64,000 nucleotides of DNA from Pseudomonadota bacterium (GTDB lineage Bacteria; Pseudomonadota; Alphaproteobacteria; UBA11222): NCBI GenBank assembly GCA_049323435.1, contig JBMOMX010000032.1, forward strand, positions 18,555 to 82,554, given 5' to 3'. Below are positions 1 through 8,018 of this stretch, in pieces. Both the position numbers and the translations under genes were made by a program. The notes under the pieces were generated by a model. The model saw only the letters and a program-made list of their open reading frames with translations. It was not told the DNA's origin and searched no databases. Every line of letters starts with the position of its first letter. Within the stretch, counting starts at the first letter, position 1.

Positions 1-52
1 TGTTTCGGGCAAACTGATTCCGATAAGAAATCACCATCGGAAAGGAAGCCAC

Positions 53-622
53 ATGAAACTGTCAAAACCCCGCATTCAGCCGCTGCCGGAAAGCCAGTGG
101 AGCGCAGAACAGAGGCCCGCATTTGAAGCCGCCAAAAAGGGCAAGAGCGCGATCAGCGACGCGGTCGTGTTCAATGTCATGGGCACGCTTGGCAACCATC
201 CTGAAGCCGCCAAAAAATTCAATGTCTGGGCGTTTCATGTCATGGGCGACAGTTCCACGCTGGGGGCGCGCGAACGCGAAATCCTGATCCTGCGCATCGG
301 CTGGCTGTGCCAGGCGGAATATGAATGGGCGCAGCACGCCGTCATCGGCCGTAAATGCGGCCTGTCGGATGCGGAAATCGCGCGCATCAAGGAAGGGCCG
401 GACGCCAAGGGCTGGAGCGAACTGGACAGCCTGCTGCTGCGCGCAACAGATGAGTTGCACAAGGACGCCTGCATCTCGGACGCGACCTGGAACGGCCTTG
501 CCAAACATTACAACACCCAGCAACTGATGGATGTGGTGTTCGCCGTGGGCCAGTATAATCTGGTGTCGATGGCGCTGAATTCGTTCGGCGTGCAGCTGGA
601 TGAGGGGCTGAAAGGTTTCTGA
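53..622 (+). CDS. carboxymuconolactone decarboxylase (CMD)/AhpD-like family protein, paralog 1
   Basis: 189-aa ORF. Most positions are shared with the two downstream paralogs (MKLSKPRI..PE..W, EREILILRIGWLC.EYEW.QH.V.GR, SDATWNGLAK, QYNLVSMALNSFGVQLDEG.KGF). Size and the conserved Cys/His block fit the CMD/AhpD-like fold; family name is from memory. Confidence 0.65.
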   Translation: MKLSKPRIQPLPESQWSAEQRPAFEAAKKGKSAISDAVVFNVMGTLGNHPEAAKKFNVWAFHVMGDSSTLGAREREILILRIGWLCQAEYEWAQHAVIGRKCGLSDAEIARIKEGPDAKGWSELDSLLLRATDELHKDACISDATWNGLAKHYNTQQLMDVVFAVGQYNLVSMALNSFGVQLDEGLKGF

Positions 623-709
623 TCGCGGCGCAAAAAAGTGCTTTTACAAGTGCTGTGAAACAGGGCAGACTGATCTCTTATAATAAATAATAAGGGGGAG
701 GACGCCGTC

Positions 710-1282
710 ATGAAACTATCGAAGCCGCGCATCAAGCCGTTGGATGAAAGCGAGTGGACGCCGGAACAGGCCAAGACTTTAGGACGTCTCAAGGGCGGCA
801 GCACCGAGTTCGGCGCGAAAATGCATGTCTATAATGTGCTGGGCACGCTGTCGCGCCATCCGGAGGCCAACAAGAAATTCGGCGTCTGGGCCAATCATAT
901 CATGGGGCCGACAAATACGCTGCCGCCGCGCGAGCGTGAAATTCTGATCCTGCGCATCGGCTGGCTGTGCGAGGCGGAGTATGAATGGGGCCAGCATGTG
1001 GTGTTTGGCCGCGCCGTTGGCCTGACGGATGAGGAAATCGCCCGCATCAAGCTTGGCCCCGACGCGCCCGGCTGGAGCGAACATGACGCGCTGCTGCTGC
1101 GCGCCACAGACGAGCTGCGCAAGGACGCCTGTATATCGGATGCGACCTGGAACGGGCTGGCCAAACGCTATAACACGCATCAGCTGATGGATGTGGTGTT
1201 CACCGTGGGCCAGTATAATCTGGTGTCGATGGCGCTGAATTCATTCGGTGTGCAACTGGATGAGGGCGTGAAAGGCTTTTAG
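710..1282 (+). CDS. CMD/AhpD-like family protein, paralog 2
   Basis: 190-aa ORF with a GGGGAGG RBS upstream; collinear and nearly identical in the conserved blocks to the 53..622 product. Confidence 0.65.
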   Translation: MKLSKPRIKPLDESEWTPEQAKTLGRLKGGSTEFGAKMHVYNVLGTLSRHPEANKKFGVWANHIMGPTNTLPPREREILILRIGWLCEAEYEWGQHVVFGRAVGLTDEEIARIKLGPDAPGWSEHDALLLRATDELRKDACISDATWNGLAKRYNTHQLMDVVFTVGQYNLVSMALNSFGVQLDEGVKGF

Positions 1283-1358
1283 TCAGGCCGCCATGCGTCA
1301 TCTCATTCTGCGAAAGGCAGAGGGAAAAAAATAAAAATAAATTGCAGGGAGAAAAACC

Positions 1359-2054
1359 ATGTTGCATCTGTTTTTCACGCGCCTTAGCGCGCTGGCCATA
1401 GCGGGCTTGCTGCTGCTGGGCAGCCCGGCCCCCGCGCAAAGCGCGGACACGGCCGCATCGCAGCACAGCCAGCCGGTGAAAATCCGCCTCTCCGCGCCGC
1501 GCATTCCCCCATTGGCGGAAAGCAAATGGACGGAGGAACAGGCCAAGGTGCTGGGCCCGCTCAAGCAGGGCGCCCCGATGTTTGGCACAGTGTTGAAGGC
1601 GCATAATGTGCTGGCCACACTGGCGCAGCATGAAGAAGCGCGCAAAAAATTTGATGTCTGGGCCAATCATGTAATGGGCGCGACCAACACACTGCCGCCG
1701 CGCGAGCGCGAAATTCTGATCCTGCGCATTGGCTGGCTCTGCCAGTCTGAATATGAATGGGGTCAGCATGTGGTCATTGGCCGGGCCGTTGGCCTGACGG
1801 ATGAGGAAATCGCGCGCATCAAGCTGGGGGCCGAAGCAAAGGGCTGGAGTGCACATGACGCGCTGCTGATCCGCGCCGCCGATGAACTGGACAAGGACGC
1901 GTTTGTATCCGACGCCACCTGGAACGGGCTAGCCAAAACCTATAATACGCAACAGATGATGGATGTGGTGTTCACCGTGGGCCAGTATAATCTGGTGTCG
2001 ATGGCGCTGAATTCATTCGGCGTTCAGCTGGACGAAGGTGTGAAGGGATTCTAG
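1359..2054 (+). CDS. CMD/AhpD-like family protein, paralog 3, with N-terminal signal peptide (predicted periplasmic)
   Basis: 231 aa; N-terminal MLHLFFTRLSALAIAGLLLLGSPAPAQSA is a typical Sec signal (hydrophobic core plus AxA). The remainder is collinear with paralogs 1 and 2 starting at LSAPRIPPLAESKW. Confidence 0.65.
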   Translation: MLHLFFTRLSALAIAGLLLLGSPAPAQSADTAASQHSQPVKIRLSAPRIPPLAESKWTEEQAKVLGPLKQGAPMFGTVLKAHNVLATLAQHEEARKKFDVWANHVMGATNTLPPREREILILRIGWLCQSEYEWGQHVVIGRAVGLTDEEIARIKLGAEAKGWSAHDALLIRAADELDKDAFVSDATWNGLAKTYNTQQMMDVVFTVGQYNLVSMALNSFGVQLDEGVKGF

Positions 2055-2056
2055 CC

Positions 2057-2851
2057 ATGCGTCTGCAAGGCAAGAAGGCCATCGTCATTGGCGCCGGGCA
2101 AACGCCGGGCGAAACCATCGGTAATGGCCGCGCCACCGCCATCCTGTTCGCACGCGAAGGGGCCGAGGTGATGTGTGTCGATAAACGCCTGCAATCGGCG
2201 CAGGATACGGTGGATATGATTATAAATGAAGGCGGCAAGGCCTTTGCCTATGAGGCCGACATCACCAGCGAGCCGGCCAATGTGGCGCTGGTGCAGGCGG
2301 CGCGCGCCAAAATGGGCCGCATCGACATTCTGCATAATAATGTCGGCATCGGCGCGGGCGATGCGCCGCCGCATAAATTATCCGAAGATGTTTATGACCG
2401 GATCATGCTGGTCAATTTAAAGGCCATGTGGCTGACCTGCAAACATGTGATCCCGGTAATGCGGGAACAGAAATCGGGATCGATCATCAATATTTCCTCG
2501 GCTGCGGCGGTGTCATCTGGCGGCATCACGGCCTATGAAATTTCCAAGGCGGGGGTGAACAAGCTGACCCAATCCATCGCCATGACCAACGCCAAATATG
2601 GCGTGCGTTGCAATGTCATCATGCCCGGCCTGATGGATACGCCGATGGCGATCGAAGGCAATGTGGCGGCGCGCGGCATTTCACGCGAAGAGGTGCGCGC
2701 CATGCGCGACCGTATCGTGCCCTTGCGCGGCAAGATGGGAACCGGATGGGATGTGGCCTATGGCGCACTCTATCTGGCGTCGGACGAGGCCAATTTCGTC
2801 ACCGGCGTGGCGCTGCCGATAGATGGCGGCCATGCGGCGAAGGTGGGATAA
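2057..2851 (+). CDS. SDR family oxidoreductase (FabG-like classical SDR)
   Basis: 264 aa; Rossmann motif AIVIGAGQTPGETIG near the N-terminus, NNVG, a catalytic S..Y...K arrangement (YEISKAG), and a C-terminal PIDGGHAAKVG typical of SDRs. Confidence 0.8.
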   Translation: MRLQGKKAIVIGAGQTPGETIGNGRATAILFAREGAEVMCVDKRLQSAQDTVDMIINEGGKAFAYEADITSEPANVALVQAARAKMGRIDILHNNVGIGAGDAPPHKLSEDVYDRIMLVNLKAMWLTCKHVIPVMREQKSGSIINISSAAAVSSGGITAYEISKAGVNKLTQSIAMTNAKYGVRCNVIMPGLMDTPMAIEGNVAARGISREEVRAMRDRIVPLRGKMGTGWDVAYGALYLASDEANFVTGVALPIDGGHAAKVG

Positions 2852-2865
2852 TGCATTGGGAACGT

Positions 2866-2998
2866 CATACGACCCCTCTAATTCGTCATCGCGAGCCGCG
2901 AAGCGGCGTGGCGATCCAGAAGTCAAAAACTCAAGCTTTTCCTTGTGGTTTCTGGATTGCTTCGCCCCCAAAAGAACTGGGGGCTCGCAATGACGGAG
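2866..2998. repeat. MITE/REP-like imperfect palindromic element with termini cgtcat(c/t)gcgagc
   Basis: Left arm cgtcatcgcgagccgcgaagcggcgtggcgatccagaa and right arm ttctggattgcttcgcccccaaaagaactgggggctcgcaatgacgg are imperfect reverse complements. It sits in the 326-bp gap between two SDR genes. The six-frame ORFs across it (2608..3006, 2681..2971) are repeat-encoded artefacts. Confidence 0.55.
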
Positions 2999-3177
2999 AA
3001 AGGTGATTTTTCTTTTTCTTTGGAATGGTGTGATCGGGTTTTTTCAATTTTGACGCATACGGATTCTTGCGGGCCTTCATTTTAGACAAATTGTACTGTT
3101 CTTTCATGGCCGACCACCTAGGTAGCACGCTATTCTTTATAGCAAAAACTGGATAACACATAACAGGGAGAAGTGGC

Positions 3178-4035
3178 ATGAAAGACGTAAAGGGCAAGGT
3201 GGCGTTCATCACGGGTGCGGCCAGCGGCATGGGGCTGGGCATGGCGCGGGCCTTCGGCGCGGCGGGCATGAAGGTGATGCTCAGCGATATTGAGGACAAG
3301 GCGTTACAGGAACAGGTTAATGATCTGAAAGCCAAAGGTTATGACGTGGCCGGCGTCCAGGTGGATGTCACCAAGGAAGAAGCGCTGCATAATGCCGCCA
3401 AAAAAACCATCGAGACTTTCGGCAAGGTGCATGTGCTGTGCAATAATGCGGGCGTAGGCGTAGGCGGCAAAAGCGAGACCTGCGACATGCGCAACTGGCG
3501 CTGGTGCGTGGATGTCAATATGTGGGGTGTCGTCTATGGCTTGCAGGCGTTCGTGCCGCTGATCAAATCACATGGCGAAGAGGGCCATGTGGTCAGCACC
3601 GCTTCGATGGCCGGGATGTACGGGGTGCGCAATCTTGGCCCCTATAATGCGGCCAAGTTCGCCGTGGTCGGCATTATGGAAACCATGATGGCGGAAAACA
3701 AGAACACCAATATGGGCGTCTCTGTGTTGTGCCCCGGTGCGGTCGCCACCAATATCGGCAATTCCACCCGCAACCGGCAGCAGGAATATGGCGGCGCTGC
3801 GGCCCCCAGCACCATGGACATCACCAATGAGGCATTGGCGCAAGGCCTGCATCCCGATGTGGTCGGCAAACAGGTGCTGGAGGCGATCCTGAAAAACCAG
3901 CCCTATATTTTCACCGATCCCAATATGCGCAAAATGATTGAATCGCGCTTTCGCAAGATCCTGTCCGGCTATGACTGGGCCGATAGTTGCGATGCGCTGG
4001 CGGGCGTCAAGCAGGGCAGTTTGCAGCGGTCTTAA
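3178..4035 (+). CDS. SDR family oxidoreductase, LigD/LigL-like subfamily, tandem paralog 1 of 4
   Basis: 285 aa; MKDVKGKVAFITGAASGMGLG, NNAG, GPYNAAKFAV (Y-x3-K), and a C-terminal extension (PYIFTDP...GYDWA) shared by all four paralogs. CAGGGAG RBS upstream. Confidence 0.85.
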   Translation: MKDVKGKVAFITGAASGMGLGMARAFGAAGMKVMLSDIEDKALQEQVNDLKAKGYDVAGVQVDVTKEEALHNAAKKTIETFGKVHVLCNNAGVGVGGKSETCDMRNWRWCVDVNMWGVVYGLQAFVPLIKSHGEEGHVVSTASMAGMYGVRNLGPYNAAKFAVVGIMETMMAENKNTNMGVSVLCPGAVATNIGNSTRNRQQEYGGAAAPSTMDITNEALAQGLHPDVVGKQVLEAILKNQPYIFTDPNMRKMIESRFRKILSGYDWADSCDALAGVKQGSLQRS

Positions 4036-4079
4036 CATAAGCTCCGTCAACGGAGCAATCAGCGGGAGAAAGACAAAAA

Positions 4080-4952
4080 ATGAAGGACGTAAAAGGTAAA
4101 GTGGCGTTCGTCACGGGCGCCGCCAGCGGCATGGGGCTTGGCATGGCGCGCGCCTTTGCCGAGGCGGGCATGAAAGTGATGCTGGCCGATATTGAGGCGG
4201 GGCCGTTGCAGCGCGAAACCGGCGCGCTGAAGGCCAAAGGCTATGATGTGGATTGCGTGCAGCTGGATGTCACTAAAATGGCGGATGTTCATGCGGCTGC
4301 GAAAAAAACCGTGGACCGCTTCGGCAAGGTGCATGTGCTCTGCAATAATGCCGGCATTGGCGTGTTCGGAAAAAGCGAAACCGCCAATATCAAAAACTGG
4401 CAATGGGTGGTGGATGTCAATCTGTGGGGCGTCGTCTACGGGTTGCAGGCCTTTGTGCCGCTGATCCTCTCACATGGCGAAGGCGGGCATATTGTCAGCA
4501 CATCCTCCATGGCGGGCATGGTGGGCTTGAGCGGCGCGGGGCCCTACAATGCCACCAAATTCGCGGTAGTCGGCATTATGGAAACCATGATGGCGGAAAA
4601 CCGCAAGAGCAATCTGGGCATCTCTGTGCTGTGCCCGGGCGCGGTGGCGACCAATATTTCCACCTCCACCCGCAACCGGCAGGATGAATATGGCGGTGCC
4701 GCGCCGCCTAGCTCCAAGGAACGCATTGCCGATGTGCTGGCGCAGGGCCTGCATCCCGATGTGGTGGGCAAACAGGTGCTGGAGGCGATTATCGACAACC
4801 AGCCCTATATTTTCACCGATCCCGCCATGCGCAAAATGATTGAATCGCGTCATAAACGCCTGATGGCGGGCTATGACTGGGCCGACAGATGCAAGGCGCT
4901 GTCCGGCCAGAAACAGGCAGGCGGTATCCCCGGCGGCATCTTGAAGGAATAG
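4080..4952 (+). CDS. SDR family oxidoreductase, LigD/LigL-like, tandem paralog 2
   Basis: 290 aa; collinear with 3178..4035 and most residues identical. Confidence 0.85.
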   Translation: MKDVKGKVAFVTGAASGMGLGMARAFAEAGMKVMLADIEAGPLQRETGALKAKGYDVDCVQLDVTKMADVHAAAKKTVDRFGKVHVLCNNAGIGVFGKSETANIKNWQWVVDVNLWGVVYGLQAFVPLILSHGEGGHIVSTSSMAGMVGLSGAGPYNATKFAVVGIMETMMAENRKSNLGISVLCPGAVATNISTSTRNRQDEYGGAAPPSSKERIADVLAQGLHPDVVGKQVLEAIIDNQPYIFTDPAMRKMIESRHKRLMAGYDWADRCKALSGQKQAGGIPGGILKE

Positions 4953-5077
4953 CGGCGCGCTTGACCTGCTGTCAGGATTAGGCAAAGCTGCGGCAACAAT
5001 AATTGCGGGGCGTGAGCAAAAGCCCCGCTTCACATCAGCACAGGGAGGCGTCTGTAACAACAGGCGGCGCAATCAGC

Positions 5078-5950
5078 ATGAAAGACGTAAAGGGAAAAAC
5101 AGCCTTCATCACTGGCGGCGCCAGCGGTATGGGGCTTGGCATGGCGCGCGCCTTTGCCGAGGCGGGCATGAAAGTCATGGTCGCCGATATTGAAGCCGAA
5201 GCGGCCAAACGCGCGGCGGCTGAATTGACCGGCAAGGGCCATGAAGCCGCCTGGGTGCAGGTGGATGTCACCAGTCTGGACGCCATGAAGGCGGCCGCGC
5301 AGAAAACTGTGGATACTTTCGGCAATGTGCATGTGCTCTGCAACAATGCCGGCATCGGCGTGTTCGGGCACAGCGAAACCTGTGACATGCGTAACTGGCA
5401 CTGGGTGGTGGATGTCAATCTTTGGGGCGTGGTGCATGGGCTACAGGCCTTTGTGCCGCTGATGCTCGCGCATGGCGAACCCTCCCATGTCTCCAGTACG
5501 GCATCAATGGCCGGCATGGCGGGACTGCGCGGCGCGGGGCCATACAATGCCACCAAATTCGCCGTGGTGGGCATCATGGAAACCTTCGCGGCCGAACATC
5601 GCAAGGATAATATCAGCGCCTCGGTGCTGTGCCCGGGTCTGGTCGCCACCAATATCGCCAGCTCCACCCGCAACCGGCAGGACAAATATGGCGGCGCGGC
5701 AAAAGCCAGCGACAAGGGCATTTCCGCTGCCGAGCTGGCCAAGGGGTTGAACCCCGACGCGGTCGGGCGCGAGGTGCTGGAGGCCATTCTGGAAGATCAG
5801 TTCTATATTTTCACCGATCCCAGCCTGCGGCACATTGTCGAAACCCGCAGCAAGCGTATCCTTCAGGGCTATGACTGGGCGGCAAACTGTAAATCGCTGA
5901 AAGGCGAAAAGCAGGCCGATGGGTTGCCCGGCGGCCTGTTGACGAAATAA
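5078..5950 (+). CDS. SDR family oxidoreductase, LigD/LigL-like, tandem paralog 3
   Basis: The track ORF 5003..5950 has an N-terminal extension. I place the start at the ATG at 5078 because MKDVKGKTAFITGG aligns with the starts of the other paralogs and an RBS-like cagggagg lies upstream. Confidence 0.8.
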   Translation: MKDVKGKTAFITGGASGMGLGMARAFAEAGMKVMVADIEAEAAKRAAAELTGKGHEAAWVQVDVTSLDAMKAAAQKTVDTFGNVHVLCNNAGIGVFGHSETCDMRNWHWVVDVNLWGVVHGLQAFVPLMLAHGEPSHVSSTASMAGMAGLRGAGPYNATKFAVVGIMETFAAEHRKDNISASVLCPGLVATNIASSTRNRQDKYGGAAKASDKGISAAELAKGLNPDAVGREVLEAILEDQFYIFTDPSLRHIVETRSKRILQGYDWAANCKSLKGEKQADGLPGGLLTK

Positions 5951-6006
5951 GCAATAATCACAATCCAGCAAGGGAGGCGTCTGCTTTGGCGGGCGGTAAA
6001 AACAGT

Positions 6007-6864
6007 ATGAAAGACGTAAAAGGCAAAGTGGCGTTTATTACCGGGGCGGCCAGCGGCATGGGCCTGGGCATGGCCCGGTCCTTCGCTGCGGCAGGCATGA
6101 AAGTGATGATCGGCGATATTGAACTGGCCCCCGCCCAGCGCGCCGTGGACGAGTTGAAAGCCAAGGGGCTGGAGGCCGCCTGTGTGCAGGTCGATGTCAC
6201 CAGTCTGGAATCGGTGCAGAACGCCGCCAAAAAAACCGTGGACACGTTCGGCAAGGTGCATGTGATCAGCAATAATGCCGGTATCGCGGTCGGCGGATAC
6301 AGTGAAACATGCAGTATCCGCAACTGGAACTGGGTGGTGGATGTCAATTTGTGGGGCGTTGTGTACGGCTTGCAGGCTTTTGTGCCGCTGATCCTGTCAC
6401 ATGGCGAAGGCGGGCATGTGATCAGCACCGCCTCGATGGCGGGCATGGTCGGGTTGCGCGGCGCGGGCCCCTATAACGCCACCAAATTTGCGGTTGTCGG
6501 CATCATGGAAACTTTCGCAGCCGACCATCGCAAGGATAATATCGGCGCATCCGTGCTGTGCCCCGGCGTGGTGGCCACCAATATCGGCAATTCAGGCCGC
6601 AACCGGCCCGATCAATATGGCGGCGCGGTTGCGCCCAACCCGCGCGACCGGACGGCGGAAATGCTGGCGCAGGGCCTTAATCCCGATATTGTCGGCGATC
6701 TGGTGCTGGAAGCCATGCAGGCCGATCAATTATATATCTTCACCGATCCAGGCCTGAAACATCTGATCGAAACCCGCTGCAAGCGTATCACCGACGCCTA
6801 TGACTGGGCCGCCAACAGCAAATCACTGAAAGGCGTGAAACAGTCAGGCCTGCTGCCGGGATAG
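6007..6864 (+). CDS. SDR family oxidoreductase, LigD/LigL-like, tandem paralog 4
   Basis: Track ORF 5986..6864; start placed at the ATG at 6007 (MKDVKGKVAFITGAASGMGLG). The upstream leader agggaggcgtctg is shared with paralog 3. Confidence 0.8.
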   Translation: MKDVKGKVAFITGAASGMGLGMARSFAAAGMKVMIGDIELAPAQRAVDELKAKGLEAACVQVDVTSLESVQNAAKKTVDTFGKVHVISNNAGIAVGGYSETCSIRNWNWVVDVNLWGVVYGLQAFVPLILSHGEGGHVISTASMAGMVGLRGAGPYNATKFAVVGIMETFAADHRKDNIGASVLCPGVVATNIGNSGRNRPDQYGGAVAPNPRDRTAEMLAQGLNPDIVGDLVLEAMQADQLYIFTDPGLKHLIETRCKRITDAYDWAANSKSLKGVKQSGLLPG

Positions 6865-6924
6865 GGTGTATCGGCGCCGGATTTTTTCTTCTGAGCGCCG
6901 TCTGCCTTTGCTCTGCGAGCTAAG

Positions 6925-7022
6925 GGCTGACCCCCACCCCGGCCCTCCCCCTTTCAGGGGGAGGGAGTCCTTGCGTCTGGCGTCCCCTCCCCTTGAAAAG
7001 GGGAGGGACAGGGAGGGGATCA
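6925..7022. repeat. REP-like nested-hairpin element, family A (ccctcccc...ggggaggg)
   Basis: gacccccaccccggccctccccctttcagggggagggag ... tcccctccccttgaaaaggggagggacagggaggggatc, with two short perfect hairpins inside a larger imperfect palindrome. A second copy lies at 18713..18848. Confidence 0.7.
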
Positions 7023-7112
7023 ACGGGTTAACGTAAAATCATCACGCTATAGTTAGAAAAAATCCGTCTAAAGAAATTCCGTCCAGGGATCATTACGTAA
7101 CAGGAGAAGAGC

Positions 7113-8003
7113 ATGAAAGTCGGCTTTATCGGCATCGGCAATATGGGCGGCCCGATGTGCCGCAATATTATCAAGGGCGGCCATGATGTGACCGTGTTCG
7201 ATCTGAACCCGGCGGCGGTCAAAACATGCACCGATCTGGGCGCAAAGGCGGCGGCCTCACCCAAAGAGGTGGCGTCTCTGGTGGATGTGGTGATGACCTC
7301 GCTGCCGATGCCAAAGGATGTGGAGGCGGTGGCGCTCGGGCCAAACGGCATCATCGAGGGCATTCGTCAGGGGACGATATATATTGATCTGTCCACCAAT
7401 TCGCCGACCATGATCCGTAAAATCGCCGCCGCGTTTGCACCAAAGGGCGTGGTCACGCTGGATGCGCCGGTGTCGGGCGGCGCGATCGGCGCGGAAAAAA
7501 AGACCATCGCCATTATGGTGGGCGGCGACAAGGCGGCCTATGACCGCTGCATGCCCGTCTTTGAAAGTTTCGGGCAGAATATTTCGTTCCTGGGCGCGCT
7601 CGGCAGCGGCGCCATCGCCAAGATAGTCAATAATATGCTGGCTTTCAGCAATATGGCGTCGGCCGCCGAAGGGCTGATGCTGGGCGCTGCGGCGGGGATT
7701 GATCCCGAAGCCCTGAATGAGGTTATCCGCAACAGTTCCGGCAACAGCATGGCCTATCGCGGCGTCGCGCACAAAACGCTGAACGGCGACTGGTCGGCGA
7801 CCTTCACCATTGATCTGGCCTATAAGGATCTGCATCTGGCGCTGGAGCTGGGCGATGAGCTGGGCATCCCGCTGCCGCAGGGCGCGCAGACGCATAATCT
7901 GATGCGCATGGCGCGCGGCATGGGCTTTGGAGGTGATGACGCCACCGCGATCATGCGTGTCTATGAAAAAACACTGGGACGGGAAATACGCAAAAAAAAA
8001 TAA
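7113..8003 (+). CDS. NAD(P)-dependent oxidoreductase, 3-hydroxyisobutyrate dehydrogenase (HIBADH)/2-hydroxy-3-oxopropionate reductase family
   Basis: 296 aa; N-terminal MKVGFIGIGNMGGPM dinucleotide-binding motif, and the length and architecture of the 6PGDH-NAD-binding beta-hydroxyacid dehydrogenase family. Confidence 0.85.
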   Translation: MKVGFIGIGNMGGPMCRNIIKGGHDVTVFDLNPAAVKTCTDLGAKAAASPKEVASLVDVVMTSLPMPKDVEAVALGPNGIIEGIRQGTIYIDLSTNSPTMIRKIAAAFAPKGVVTLDAPVSGGAIGAEKKTIAIMVGGDKAAYDRCMPVFESFGQNISFLGALGSGAIAKIVNNMLAFSNMASAAEGLMLGAAAGIDPEALNEVIRNSSGNSMAYRGVAHKTLNGDWSATFTIDLAYKDLHLALELGDELGIPLPQGAQTHNLMRMARGMGFGGDDATAIMRVYEKTLGREIRKKK

Positions 8004-8018
8004 TCGCGGGGCACACAG

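Noticed and set aside
62-1180. Antisense ORFs 62..523(-), 235..504(-), 779..1180(-) and 895..1164(-) inside the CMD genes
   Set aside because: High-GC shadow ORFs lying entirely opposite well-supported paralogous CDSs. They show no independent conservation or motifs.
3568-6446. Long minus-strand ORFs (3568..4050, 4470..5072, 5035..5787, 5504..5971, 5958..6446) across the SDR array
   Set aside because: Each lies antisense to an SDR paralog. They are a GC3-bias artefact, and their apparent similarity to one another only reflects the plus-strand paralogy.
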